Of a stretch of 64,000 bases of DNA, positions 29,509 through 40,160 are shown piece after piece; position 1 is the stretch's first letter; the number at the start of each line of letters is the position of its first letter. Below the pieces are notes generated by a model that saw only the letters and a list, made by a program, of their open reading frames with translations, had not been told where the DNA came from and did not search any database. Both the position numbers and the translations under genes were made by a program. Origin of the DNA: Ignavibacteriota bacterium (lineage in GTDB: Bacteria; Bacteroidota; Ignavibacteria; Palsa-1295); NCBI GenBank assembly GCA_963787835.1, contig CAWBEI010000002.1, positions 736,001 through 800,000 on the forward strand, given 5' to 3'.

Positions 29509-31125
29509 TCATCGTTGGTTAACGCGATACAGCCGCAATGTGTCCGGCTCCGATAACGTGGTATCGAAATACGATCGTCCAATATCGGTGAAGTATCCGG
29601 GACGTTCCCATACCGGGGTAGCGATATGAGCGAGCGCCGCGCGGATCGGCCCCACCTCACGCATGTAGTCCGGCTTTAGAGCACTCGAGTAAAGCAGGAC
29701 ATAATTCACCCCTGCACTTCGAAGCACAGAATCCACAGCCACGTTCTCCAAAGGATATTCAATAAATTGCGTCGTCATAAGCCGCACATTGGTATCCCGC
29801 ATCACTTCATGCACGGCTGGATTGAACGCAAGCACAAGTGGATGCTGGCCAGAATCAGGTTGCTCTACTTCTCCAAGAGCTGCCCCAACGGCAAGGGCAT
29901 TTGATGTCATCAAATGGTAACCTTTTCCATGCCTGCCCGGAACATCGCGAAAAGCAACGATCGCAAGAACAATACTAGCACACGCAATGGCCCATGTCCG
30001 CAACTCTTCTCCTAACAGTCGTTTCAGTGCTAGCGCCACTACAACGCTAAGAACAGGCAGCATATAAATGAGATAGCTCGATGGGGCCGAGCTTTCAAGT
30101 TCCAGCCATGAAAAGATCACTACTGCTAATATTACCGAAGTTTTGGAAACAGAAAGTGGGATAGGTTTACGAATATATTGAACAATAGCGAGAACTGCAA
30201 TTGATGCGAATATAAAAATATACCCAAACCCATACATACTTAACATACTCCACCGCTGAACGAGGTTTGCGGCTTGCACCGAGCGTGAATACATCCGCAA
30301 TGCAGGAATATCGTGAATGTTCAGAGCAAACGAATTACTACCCTGCGACCCAAAGAGTGTAGCGCCGCCACGAAGCGCAGATATTGCGATCAAGAATAAT
30401 AAGAATATCACACCCCCACCAATGAATGCAGCAATCATTCGAGGACGATGATTGTGGGAATGGAATATGGCGGTCACTAACGCAGCCAGAGTAAGAGCGA
30501 TCGTCACATGGATGGTGATCAGCATGGTGGCCGCAATTGTGCATCCAAGAATGGCAGCACGAAATATCGTCAGCTCCCGATGAATGCGTAGAAGATAATA
30601 AATTCCGCCAACGATCGCAAGCGCGGAAAGAATATCGTACCGGGCAGAGTGGCTGGTAAAGAGAAACGACCGTGAGGCGAGAAGCAAGAATGCACTGAAG
30701 AGTGCGAGCAGCCTGTCAGAGGTGATCCTTCGTGCGATCTCGTATAAAACAACGAGCAGCGTGAAGGCAAATATCGCGGTAATGCTCCTGCCGAGCAACA
30801 CAATATCCATTTGCTGTGGGCTGACCAGAGCCGCTGGAATCCCATACACGATGGCTGGCACCCACATATTGCCAAAAATAATTCCACTTCCGTACAAGAG
30901 ACTGGAACCAAGTGCATAAGGATGTTGAAAAATCCCGTGCAATATCTGGTTACGGAATTCAAGCATCAGCCAACTCTCATCCCCCCACCAAAGATAGGAA
31001 TCGGGGATGGGCGTCGAATAGAGCGACAGCATTTGGAGCAAGAACAAAGCGGACGCAAACGCGAGCAATCCGGAAAATACGATTTCCTCGCTTCGGGAAA
31101 AAAGAGATGAAAACTTAATGCGCAA
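29509..31125 (-). CDS. GT-C glycosyltransferase, WxGDE paralog
   Basis: WWGDESW, SHSARYD, DIGRSYF...DTLRLY. Confidence 0.8.
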   Translation of the reverse strand: MRIKFSSLFSRSEEIVFSGLLAFASALFLLQMLSLYSTPIPDSYLWWGDESWLMLEFRNQILHGIFQHPYALGSSLLYGSGIIFGNMWVPAIVYGIPAALVSPQQMDIVLLGRSITAIFAFTLLVVLYEIARRITSDRLLALFSAFLLLASRSFLFTSHSARYDILSALAIVGGIYYLLRIHRELTIFRAAILGCTIAATMLITIHVTIALTLAALVTAIFHSHNHRPRMIAAFIGGGVIFLLFLIAISALRGGATLFGSQGSNSFALNIHDIPALRMYSRSVQAANLVQRWSMLSMYGFGYIFIFASIAVLAIVQYIRKPIPLSVSKTSVILAVVIFSWLELESSAPSSYLIYMLPVLSVVVALALKRLLGEELRTWAIACASIVLAIVAFRDVPGRHGKGYHLMTSNALAVGAALGEVEQPDSGQHPLVLAFNPAVHEVMRDTNVRLMTTQFIEYPLENVAVDSVLRSAGVNYVLLYSSALKPDYMREVGPIRAALAHIATPVWERPGYFTDIGRSYFDTTLSEPDTLRLYRVNQR

Positions 31126-32770
31126 TGGCCGGCAGTCTATATAATATCAGGGTATCGAGCGACAGATCTTCATTCAACGCATCTGTGGAAAAATAATCCC
31201 TGTGAACGTCGAAAAGGATTCCGGTTTTGCGAAGAATAATCTTCCCTAAGCTATCTGCAATCGGTCGCAACGCCCGGTAATCAGCCGAATAGATCGATCC
31301 ATCATGTGAAGCATACAGAAGCATATATTGGACGTTAAGTTTTCGCAACACATTCGCAATAGGTTCACTCGAAGTTGGAAAGCTTACGAGATGGGTTGTC
31401 ATAAGCCGCACACTTTTTTCATGCTCGAGCATAGCGATCGCAGGATTTTGAGCTAGCACGATCGGGCGCTCGGCTACTTCACTGCTTCGAATTGAATCCA
31501 TCGCTTCCATAAGTGCTGCGTGGTTATTTCGATCAATTATGCCGGCTGCTCGTACTGCGCGCATCGCATCGCTGAACCCAAAAGCAAAAAGGATAATGGA
31601 AAGAGCCGTCACTATTATGCATGAGGCAAGCGTTGATCTCCACCTCCTATTTATTCCTATCACGATCGCAAGAATAAATAGCGGAATTACTTGTATATAA
31701 TAATATAGCGCCGGACTTTGCAATAGCAACCAAGCCAGACAGATCACAATTGCTGCACGCGAAATCCATTTTTCACGATCCGATCTGTGGCTCAATGGAC
31801 GAATCGCAAATCTTAAGATAGTTGCGGCAACAGCAAGCAGCAAAAATGCCGGTGCTTCATTCCACAGGCCATGGAAACGCTCCAGGATATTTGCAAACTG
31901 CACCGACCGAGAAAACGGACGAAGAATCGGTAACTCCGCCGTAACACTTTGAAATTGATTGGGCGCGGTCGATGGACCATACAAGGAAAACGGTGCGCCG
32001 GACATTGCATAGATCGAAAGCAACACTCCGAGCATAAGCACTGCGCCTCCAACAACCGAAGCTATTGCTGATATTTTGCGATAGGCACGAAATCGCCAAA
32101 ACATGTAAAGTGATAAAGCTCCGAGCAGTGTCAGTAGATGAATAGAGAGCGTTGCAAAGAAGACTACAGTCGCTCCGTAACCAAAATACCACAACCATGT
32201 TGGTTTCCATTTAATCTGGGTAAGCACATCGTACCGCCCTGAAAGATACCACACGAACGTCAGCACTCCAAGCGCAGCAGCGACATCTAAGCGAGCTGCA
32301 TGACTTGCGTAGAAAAAACTTCGGGTTGATACGAGTATCAGCAGTGCAAAAAGCGCGAGCAATTTCGGAACTTGTTCTTCGCGCATCATTCGATACATCA
32401 CCAAAAGGAAAAGAATTGTCAGCCCGAATGTGGCGGTCCGTCCTATGAATACTATATCTGCAACCTTCGAAAAGAGAAGTACAGGAGTGCCATAGACCGC
32501 CGCAGCAAACCAGGAATTTCCGCGAATAAGGCCGTTGGTGATTGCAACACTCGAACCAAGGCCGGTGGGAATACGCGCAAAACCATCGTGCAACTCCGCG
32601 CGAAGCTCAAGCATTTGGCCGGTCTCATCACCCCACCATCGTGCACCATCCGGCTGAGGGAATATGTATAGAGAACGCGTTTGCGCAACGAGAACGATCA
32701 CGATAAGTAGCGCGATGATCGCAACTGCAAATCGTTCGACGCGTGCAGCAGGAAATTTAGACGCCATCAT
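31115..32770 (-). CDS. GT-C glycosyltransferase, WxGDE paralog
   Basis: WWGDETG, SHAARLD, DVHRDYF...DTLILY. Confidence 0.8.
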   Translation of the reverse strand: MMASKFPAARVERFAVAIIALLIVIVLVAQTRSLYIFPQPDGARWWGDETGQMLELRAELHDGFARIPTGLGSSVAITNGLIRGNSWFAAAVYGTPVLLFSKVADIVFIGRTATFGLTILFLLVMYRMMREEQVPKLLALFALLILVSTRSFFYASHAARLDVAAALGVLTFVWYLSGRYDVLTQIKWKPTWLWYFGYGATVVFFATLSIHLLTLLGALSLYMFWRFRAYRKISAIASVVGGAVLMLGVLLSIYAMSGAPFSLYGPSTAPNQFQSVTAELPILRPFSRSVQFANILERFHGLWNEAPAFLLLAVAATILRFAIRPLSHRSDREKWISRAAIVICLAWLLLQSPALYYYIQVIPLFILAIVIGINRRWRSTLASCIIVTALSIILFAFGFSDAMRAVRAAGIIDRNNHAALMEAMDSIRSSEVAERPIVLAQNPAIAMLEHEKSVRLMTTHLVSFPTSSEPIANVLRKLNVQYMLLYASHDGSIYSADYRALRPIADSLGKIILRKTGILFDVHRDYFSTDALNEDLSLDTLILYRLPAIAH

Positions 32771-34374
32771 TCTGCTTTGTAAAGGTGTAAGGTGTCCAAC
32801 TCATTCCAATGCGGATCGTCATACGTTCTTCCAAGATCGGTAAAGTTACCCACCCGCTCGCCGGCAAGCACATAGAGCGAGTCTGCGAGGTGACGGAACG
32901 GACTCCTCCAGTGCGCGCCGGAATATAACAGTAAATATTCGACATGGTGCTCGCGCAAAATATCTGCGACCGGTTTGTTCTCATCGCCAAAAAGAAGCAA
33001 GTGATTCGTCATCAATCGTACCTCTTGGTTGCCGGCAACCACATTCTCCGCAGGTTCATCGGTAAGCATCAACGGAGGATTTGTCCGCGATTCAATGGTG
33101 TCCATGATGCTTCCAATAGCTTGCCGATTTTCCGTTACCAACCGCTTTCCGACGCTGCCGAGCCTCTCCTGCGAAACGACCACAAAAACTGCTACCACGA
33201 TCAGGAGAGGAATCAAAACACCTTGAATAGTTCTCGATCGCGCATCCCCAAATAGCGGCGCTATCAATACAGCAGCCATAACTGCTATCACCGGTAATAC
33301 ATGAATATTGTAGAACACCGCCGGGCCTCCGAAAAGTATCCATCCCAGGATCAGCAAAATGGCGTTGATGAAGAAAAATTGCTCTTTCTGGCCGGATGAG
33401 ACTTTCCGCCAGAGTCGAACGCCGATTCCAATCACCAGCAATACCACCACCGGCCATGCTACATCCCACACCTGCAGAAACCGATCGACCGTATTGATCT
33501 TCTGCACGCGCCAGGATAAAAGATGCAGTATTGGGATCGAATTTGCAACATTATAATATTGATTGTATCCTTTCCCAAGCAGATCCAGGGAGTCAGAATC
33601 GCCCGCGAAATGCATAGAGAGCCAATATGCCGCAACAATTATCGCAACCCCGGCAATAGCACCACACAAAAAGAGTGTGAGGAAGCGAAGGGATCGAAAT
33701 ATCTGGAATTTCCAACAGGAATAAAGTAATGGAAAAATAATAAGGGTTGGAACATGAACGTAGATCGCGAGAGAGAGCGACGCAAGGAACGGTAATAGGA
33801 ATGCCCAGCGGACTATGTATCTGTCCGCTTGCGTTTCTTCTAAAACAAAGACGTGAAGAAATAAATACATCACCACCGCCAATCCTGTTGCTGTATCGAG
33901 CCGGGCAGAGTGGCTGGAAAAATAGAATGCCTTCGAGATAACGAGTACAAACACTCCGAGCAACGAAGCCGCCGGTGATGCTCCTATCCGTCGAGCTAGT
34001 CGATAAACACAATATAGCAAAATCAGCGATAGAATGAATGTGATCGTTCGACCGATCGCGACCGGGCTTGCAACATGGGACCAGATCGCAGCCGGCACTC
34101 CGTAGATCAAACCCGAGATCCAAATGCTGCCATTGATTAAACCATTGGAATGCGCAAGCGACGAACCGATCGCTTCGGGAACCCGAGCTATGCCACTGCG
34201 GGCAAGTGCGCGGAGGGTCAACATCGTCCATGATTCATCACCGAACCACATTCCAGTGTCCGGCACAGGATACACGAATAGAAACCTCGCCTGATCCAAC
34301 AACACGAGCGCGATCAATATTAGAAGCACCGTTGTTAATCTGTCACGCCCGCGAAAAAATGGAATGTTACTCAT
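32767..34374 (-). CDS. GT-C glycosyltransferase, WxGDE paralog
   Basis: WFGDESW, SHSARLD, DLGRTY...DTLHLY. Confidence 0.8.
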   Translation of the reverse strand: MSNIPFFRGRDRLTTVLLILIALVLLDQARFLFVYPVPDTGMWFGDESWTMLTLRALARSGIARVPEAIGSSLAHSNGLINGSIWISGLIYGVPAAIWSHVASPVAIGRTITFILSLILLYCVYRLARRIGASPAASLLGVFVLVISKAFYFSSHSARLDTATGLAVVMYLFLHVFVLEETQADRYIVRWAFLLPFLASLSLAIYVHVPTLIIFPLLYSCWKFQIFRSLRFLTLFLCGAIAGVAIIVAAYWLSMHFAGDSDSLDLLGKGYNQYYNVANSIPILHLLSWRVQKINTVDRFLQVWDVAWPVVVLLVIGIGVRLWRKVSSGQKEQFFFINAILLILGWILFGGPAVFYNIHVLPVIAVMAAVLIAPLFGDARSRTIQGVLIPLLIVVAVFVVVSQERLGSVGKRLVTENRQAIGSIMDTIESRTNPPLMLTDEPAENVVAGNQEVRLMTNHLLLFGDENKPVADILREHHVEYLLLYSGAHWRSPFRHLADSLYVLAGERVGNFTDLGRTYDDPHWNELDTLHLYKAE

Positions 34375-35831
34375 GGCGTGGGAAGAAAAATATGATCGGG
34401 TCTTGTCGATGCGTCGCCGATGCGAGACAGGAACACGTTCGGAGTTTTGAATATGTTGGAAGACTGCACGTAGTGTGGGATTGAATCCCAGCGATACACG
34501 CTTTCTTCATCGAGAATGATAGCCGAAAATTGCTTCGCAGACAGTACGGAATCGATCTGGAGCTGGAACCGCTTGCTTGTACTATCATGAGGCACCAGCG
34601 CATCGTTCATCGCCATATAATGAACGTGCATCGGTTTACCAGCCAACGCACCAATATACCCATGGAATGGAATCCACACATCACCGGGAATTGCTCTCAA
34701 TTTTTCAATGAACTCATCTCCGGCTTGCCGTTGGTGTGCGCTTGCAAAAAGCATCTTCTCCCCGAGTGGATTATATACGAGCGAAAGAAATCCAAGGAGT
34801 ATGAGAAGGTGGACCACGCGTGGCCAGTCTGGAAAGGCATCTGCGATCACCTTAATTCCGATCGGGAACACGATCGCCAACATCATCGTGAACGGCATAA
34901 AAACATTTTTATATCCTCCGAAATTTCCTATGCTGAGCACCGAGGAGATCAGCGCCATTATAGTTACAGACCAAAGAATGGGCCAGATACCACGAAGGTT
35001 TTTCTTTCCAAGCAGGATTATTGCAACAAGCAGGACTAACGTAAATAGACCCATCGTGCTAACAATCCATGTCGGGAAAAACTCGATCGCCGCAAGCCAA
35101 GAAAAGCTTTCTGCTGCTTTCATGCCGGGGATCGTCGTCGTATAAAATACATACCATCCGTTCGTTGACCAATTTAAGATGGTCGATCCAATCACAATGA
35201 GTGCAACGGATAGAACGCTGAACCCCACCGCTTGTTTTCTGCTTCTGAACGCCACGCCGATCAGCAATGCAGGTAACGCAAATATCATTTGCTGCTTGGT
35301 AAAATAGGCAAGTGCGACCAGCACCGCAGCCACGAGATAACCTTGCCGAAAATATAATGCTGCGTAGATACTTCCCGACACAAGGCATATCGCCAGCGCG
35401 TCCATTCGGACAATATCGTAAAAGAAGCCTGTGAGATGATAGAATGCGATATAAAGCGCCATACTCGCAAAAGCGAGCAAGGATGAAGATGTTTCGCGAT
35501 GCACGATCCTTCCCGCTATCATCGCTGTAAGCAGGGTTGCAAGAATTGATATCACCCGACCTGGCCACAGCCCAACACCGCCGATCTTCATGAAAAGTGC
35601 CGTTGCATAATAATAGAGGGGTGTATAAACGAACGCGGTGAAATCGAGTGAAGGGGCAGCGTAAATAGGCATGCCAGTTGCGAGCCGAATTGCATGATCG
35701 AGCACTGCCCCTTCGTTCCATTCAACTTCATAAGGATAAATGAGCCTCAGCACAGCTGAAAATAGGAACAGTAGTATATACGCGCTTCCTGCAAAATAAA
35801 CAAGCCAATCGAGCCTCGAAGAATTTTTCAT
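34371..35831 (-). CDS. GT-C glycosyltransferase (YPYExEWxEG type)
   Basis: YPYEVEWNEG, YTPLYY, DIVRMD, TKQQ; paralog of 42228..43709. Confidence 0.8.
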   Translation of the reverse strand: MKNSSRLDWLVYFAGSAYILLFLFSAVLRLIYPYEVEWNEGAVLDHAIRLATGMPIYAAPSLDFTAFVYTPLYYYATALFMKIGGVGLWPGRVISILATLLTAMIAGRIVHRETSSSLLAFASMALYIAFYHLTGFFYDIVRMDALAICLVSGSIYAALYFRQGYLVAAVLVALAYFTKQQMIFALPALLIGVAFRSRKQAVGFSVLSVALIVIGSTILNWSTNGWYVFYTTTIPGMKAAESFSWLAAIEFFPTWIVSTMGLFTLVLLVAIILLGKKNLRGIWPILWSVTIMALISSVLSIGNFGGYKNVFMPFTMMLAIVFPIGIKVIADAFPDWPRVVHLLILLGFLSLVYNPLGEKMLFASAHQRQAGDEFIEKLRAIPGDVWIPFHGYIGALAGKPMHVHYMAMNDALVPHDSTSKRFQLQIDSVLSAKQFSAIILDEESVYRWDSIPHYVQSSNIFKTPNVFLSRIGDASTRPDHIFLPTP

Positions 35832-37360
35832 ATCCGGATTCGATAGAGATTAAAGCCTTTTATTACAGTATCGGGAACGTAGCGTGCCGAAAGCAGGCTG
35901 TCAAACCCGGGAATCGAATGAAGTGCCGCATCGGCATTCATGCCTACGAATGGCCACCACTCCTGCGATCGCGATGTAATGATAAATCGCGGCCTCACTG
36001 ACACGAGCGAGTCAATAAACTCACGTCTCCAGGTGTTTACATAGATTGGGAGGGATTTTGCGCCAGCATCCGTAGCGCAAAGTGGCACGATCGTCGTGAA
36101 ACCCGTTGCTTCGGGCCTTGCCATCCGCCATCGAAGACTCGGAAAGAGAGAAACGTACTCTACAGGATCGTTCCGACTACTCGAACGGTCAATATAATTG
36201 ATAACTTCTCTTTGAGCCTCCAGGCCAAAAAGGCTATCCGAAAGGACTCGATCATACGTGGCCTGCAAGGGGCGCTCGCGCTTCCGATCTTCAAAAGAAT
36301 AACGCAGCAAGTGTCGAGGATAGTATAAATAAACAAAAAGACCCAAGGCAATAACGATCGCTCCATATTTAAGAACAGGAACCTGAAACAAGCCAGTGAT
36401 ACGATCAAGTCCGATCGCCGCAAACGCGATCGCAATCAGCATAAATGGCTCAAAGTGATACGTGAAATATTTCCCCATTATTATCGGCGAAAGCAACGCA
36501 CATCCTGTGCACAAAAGAAGCATCTTCAGATCAGATTTTCCATCGGACTTGCCGGAACGAGAAAACGCAAGACCAATGAGCGCAAAAAGGTAGATCAGCG
36601 CCCTGCCGCGCGTAAATAGATCAAAGGGAACATGTACTGAGGAATATAGATCGAGATTGAAGCGAATGATAGAATAATAGATCTGTTCGAGGCCTCCATG
36701 CTGGAGCATGTAAGGAAACAGCCATACCACAAACGGCAGTAAAAATCCAAGCAGAGAATTACTAATGAGGCGGACCCTGTTCGGCAGTTCCCATATCAGT
36801 AGAACGAACGCCAGCGCGAAAATAAAATACGTTGGGCGAATAATCGTTGCACATCCGGCCAAAACACCAAGCGCTAATGCACATCCCCATCTCGATCTCT
36901 TATAGAGAGAAAAGAGAAGGATCGTTGATACCATGAGGAGAAATGATGCATAAGTGTCCCGCTGCCCGGCAAGCCCCCATCCACCGCTTGCGTAATACTG
37001 TGCATAGATCAACACAGCAAGGACTGCTTCGCGCGTAGAAATCCATCTGCGAAGAAGTAAATAGTATGCACCGGACATCGCAATATGGAGAAGGTAATCG
37101 AACATGCGGAATCCAAAGTCGCTTGCGCCGAACAACACAATGCTCATCCAATGGATAAAAACGATTCCCGGAAAATTCATATCCCACGACGCAAGGTATG
37201 GAAGCCCGTGATAGGCATAGAGCGTCCATGCCATGGATTCATAGACATCATTATCGAATCCGAGTGGCAACAGTAACGTTACAAGCAGGATAACTGCTGA
37301 ACCTGCCACTGCAATCGCCAATGGAATGGCTTCGCCAGAAGCAATGATGCGTTTTGTCAT
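35828..37360 (-). CDS. GT-C glycosyltransferase (LPY..SWD.NFPG type)
   Basis: FDNDVY, LPYLASWDMNFPGI, AGQRD, IRPTY; paralog of 45429..46949. Confidence 0.8.
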   Translation of the reverse strand: MTKRIIASGEAIPLAIAVAGSAVILLVTLLLPLGFDNDVYESMAWTLYAYHGLPYLASWDMNFPGIVFIHWMSIVLFGASDFGFRMFDYLLHIAMSGAYYLLLRRWISTREAVLAVLIYAQYYASGGWGLAGQRDTYASFLLMVSTILLFSLYKRSRWGCALALGVLAGCATIIRPTYFIFALAFVLLIWELPNRVRLISNSLLGFLLPFVVWLFPYMLQHGGLEQIYYSIIRFNLDLYSSVHVPFDLFTRGRALIYLFALIGLAFSRSGKSDGKSDLKMLLLCTGCALLSPIIMGKYFTYHFEPFMLIAIAFAAIGLDRITGLFQVPVLKYGAIVIALGLFVYLYYPRHLLRYSFEDRKRERPLQATYDRVLSDSLFGLEAQREVINYIDRSSSRNDPVEYVSLFPSLRWRMARPEATGFTTIVPLCATDAGAKSLPIYVNTWRREFIDSLVSVRPRFIITSRSQEWWPFVGMNADAALHSIPGFDSLLSARYVPDTVIKGFNLYRIRI

Positions 37361-39084
37361 TGCAGGCTATCGAGTTGGTACAACGTCAAGGTATCAAGCT
37401 CGTTAAGGGTGTCGCTAAAATAATCGATGGTTCGGTCGAGCATAGGTCCAACGCGTGAAAAGACAGGCTCTCCCCTGCGAACGGCTGTTTCATATTCTGG
37501 AGTCATCGGTTTGTCATAATCGATAACATAATCTACTCCTGCATGCAATAGCACACTATCGACGGGCTCCGTGCTATGATCAGCCGCAGGGCGAACCGGG
37601 AAGAACAGGAACGACTCGCTCATAACGCGGAGTCCGGTATCGCGCAACAGTTCGTGAATGGCAGGCCCCTGCGCAAGCACGAGCGGCCGAGATTGACCAG
37701 GTTCCCAGTCTCGGCTGGTTTCTTCGATCGCGGCCTGAATGGCAGCCGTGTTCGCTTCTCCGATCCGGTTTCCAATACGGCCCGCACGTGCAATGTCCGG
37801 GATCGACCGCCACCAGATCAGTGCGGATAATGCCAGACTTGCCAGCGCGATCATCGGCGCTGACCACCAGGTCTTGCTCCAATCCTCCAGATGCAGCGCA
37901 AAGGAAAACGTTGCCAGAGGTAGTATGTGAACAACATAGTACGGCAGCGTGCTCTGAACGAAGAGTGCCGGCAACAAGGCAAGAAGCAAACTAATAGTAA
38001 CGAAAGAAGTCGCTGGATGTGGGCGCTTCGTCAGGGGCAGGAACACTTCACTCAGCAAAATGATCGAGAGCACGATAGCGAATAGCGGTGCTTCGTGCCA
38101 GAGATAATACCATTTAGCCCACAACTGATGACTCTGGGCCGACCACGAAAACAGATGCCGAATAGGAAGATTATTCAGCACGGACCCAAATTGATTATCC
38201 ATCGAAATCCCCGCAGCGATCGAAAATGAATGATTTGGTATCGCATAGAGAAGAATGAGAAGCCCTGCGACTAAAATTCCTCCAGAAAAAAACCAGGTTG
38301 CAGCAGCAATGCTGCTGAATGCACCATGCCGCCATGCAACGTACAGCATTACAGGAGGGATGAGTACTAAAAGATGCGGGCTAATTGTAAAAGAAGTCAG
38401 CACTCCCAGACTACCGATCAGAAAGCAGATCATGGAGGTGCTCATGGGATGTCTGTCATGACGTTTGTGCCCGCTTGGCAGCAGCAACGTGAATATTCCG
38501 ACGAACACAAGCAAAGCAAAGCCGGTAATAATATCATATCTTGCGCTATGTACTGCAAGCGTAAAACTGCGAGTTGATATCAGCAATGCGATCGCAAGAA
38601 TAGAGATCCACGGCTTGATCTTCAGCCGGTACCCCATCCAGCCGAGGAAAAGAATCAGGGAAATCCCGAGTAGATAGGTCACCATCCTCCCAACACTTAC
38701 AATATCCGTATCAGGAACCACAAAGCATTGCGGCAGACCGTATAGAATCGCCGCGATCCACGGCGAGCCAAGCAACAACCCCGGCGAGGACAAGAGCTGG
38801 GAATGTAGTGCAATGGGAACGGTCAATTTCCCATCGGTGAGAAGACTTTTCCAAGCCAGCATCATCCATGTCTCGTCGCCATACCACCGGAAGCCATCAT
38901 AGACAGGGAATTGGTAAAGCGTGTGCAAACTCATGCCAAGATAGGCAATGGCAGCGATGACCAGGAGCAGGCTCGCCAATCCATCCAGCCTGCGTGGGAT
39001 CGGAAGCGTTCCCGTATCCCGTTTATGCTGCAGAAACATCTCCTCCGATCGAGAAGCACCTGCATCGGACGATTGCTCATCCAT
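37357..39084 (-). CDS. GT-C glycosyltransferase, WxGDE paralog
   Basis: WYGDETW, VHSARYD, DRTIDYF...DTLTLY; likely ATG 39084. Confidence 0.8.
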   Translation of the reverse strand: MDEQSSDAGASRSEEMFLQHKRDTGTLPIPRRLDGLASLLLVIAAIAYLGMSLHTLYQFPVYDGFRWYGDETWMMLAWKSLLTDGKLTVPIALHSQLLSSPGLLLGSPWIAAILYGLPQCFVVPDTDIVSVGRMVTYLLGISLILFLGWMGYRLKIKPWISILAIALLISTRSFTLAVHSARYDIITGFALLVFVGIFTLLLPSGHKRHDRHPMSTSMICFLIGSLGVLTSFTISPHLLVLIPPVMLYVAWRHGAFSSIAAATWFFSGGILVAGLLILLYAIPNHSFSIAAGISMDNQFGSVLNNLPIRHLFSWSAQSHQLWAKWYYLWHEAPLFAIVLSIILLSEVFLPLTKRPHPATSFVTISLLLALLPALFVQSTLPYYVVHILPLATFSFALHLEDWSKTWWSAPMIALASLALSALIWWRSIPDIARAGRIGNRIGEANTAAIQAAIEETSRDWEPGQSRPLVLAQGPAIHELLRDTGLRVMSESFLFFPVRPAADHSTEPVDSVLLHAGVDYVIDYDKPMTPEYETAVRRGEPVFSRVGPMLDRTIDYFSDTLNELDTLTLYQLDSLQ

Positions 39085-39097
39085 CGGAGTACGGTCG

Positions 39098-40123
39098 TCA
39101 GTGATATTCAACCTTTCCACTCTCGGTAATGATCGGGACGTGGCGCATCCACAGAAGCTTTTCCCACCATGCACGATGTGTTTTATACCACGCGATGGTT
39201 TGTTCAAGCCCCTGATCGAACGAACGGCCTGGTTTGATTCCCAGAACTTCGCTTGCTTTGGCCGTCGAAGAAATATGCCGATCGACCTGACCTGGCCGGT
39301 TGCCTATGTGTGAAATGAGATCATCCGGCTTTTTCAGAATATCCAGGACCATTTTTGCAATACTAAGCACATCCAGTTCAAATCCGGAACCAAGATTGAA
39401 CACTTCGCCCTGGATCTTCTCGATCGGCGCGTGCATTACGTGGTCGATCCGTTCGCAGGTATCTTGTACGTAGAGCCAATCGCGAAAGGCATTACCATTC
39501 CCATGGACGGTGAGAGGCTCATCCAGCAAAGCACTTGTAATAAATCGTGGGATCACCTTTTCCAGATGCTGTTTCGGGCCATATTGATTGAAGGGCCGCA
39601 AAATGCAGGCAGGAATTTTATAACTCGCAATGTACGAATAAACCAAACGGTCGGCACCGGTTTTTGCGCTGGCATACGGGGAAAGTGGATTGAGCGGGTG
39701 CTCCTCCGTCATCGGCGCGGTGAGTGCGGTGCCATAGACTTCGCTCGTCGAAATGTGGATAAAGCGATCCAAATCTTTCTTCCGCGTCACGGCATTCGCG
39801 ACAGCTTGGGTTCCGAGCACGTCCGTCACATAAAAGATCTTATTATCGAAGATCGAACGGGCTACGTGGCTTTCAGCAGCAAAATGGACGACTACATCGG
39901 AACGTCCGACAAGCTGGCTTACCAGATCGTCATTTGTAACGTTCCCATACCAGAACTCGAACCGTTTGGATGATTTGATATCGTCCGGGATATTATCCGG
40001 CGAACCTGCATAGGTCAGCGCATCGAGCACAATAATATGATACTCCGGGTATTTACGGAATACGTATTCGAGGAAATTACTTCCAATAAATCCGGCTCCG
40101 CCGGTGATAAGAATGGTCTTCAA
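39098..40123 (-). CDS. rfbB: NDP-sugar dehydratase, dTDP-glucose 4,6-dehydratase-like SDR (STSE instead of STDE)
   Basis: TGGAGFIG, DALTYAG, HFAAESHVARS, STSEVYG, PYASAK, YGPKQHLEKVIP, RDWLYV. Confidence 0.7.
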   Translation of the reverse strand: MKTILITGGAGFIGSNFLEYVFRKYPEYHIIVLDALTYAGSPDNIPDDIKSSKRFEFWYGNVTNDDLVSQLVGRSDVVVHFAAESHVARSIFDNKIFYVTDVLGTQAVANAVTRKKDLDRFIHISTSEVYGTALTAPMTEEHPLNPLSPYASAKTGADRLVYSYIASYKIPACILRPFNQYGPKQHLEKVIPRFITSALLDEPLTVHGNGNAFRDWLYVQDTCERIDHVMHAPIEKIQGEVFNLGSGFELDVLSIAKMVLDILKKPDDLISHIGNRPGQVDRHISSTAKASEVLGIKPGRSFDQGLEQTIAWYKTHRAWWEKLLWMRHVPIITESGKVEYH

Positions 40124-40160
40124 TTAATAGTTAAGAATGAGGAATTAAAAACGAAGGGAA

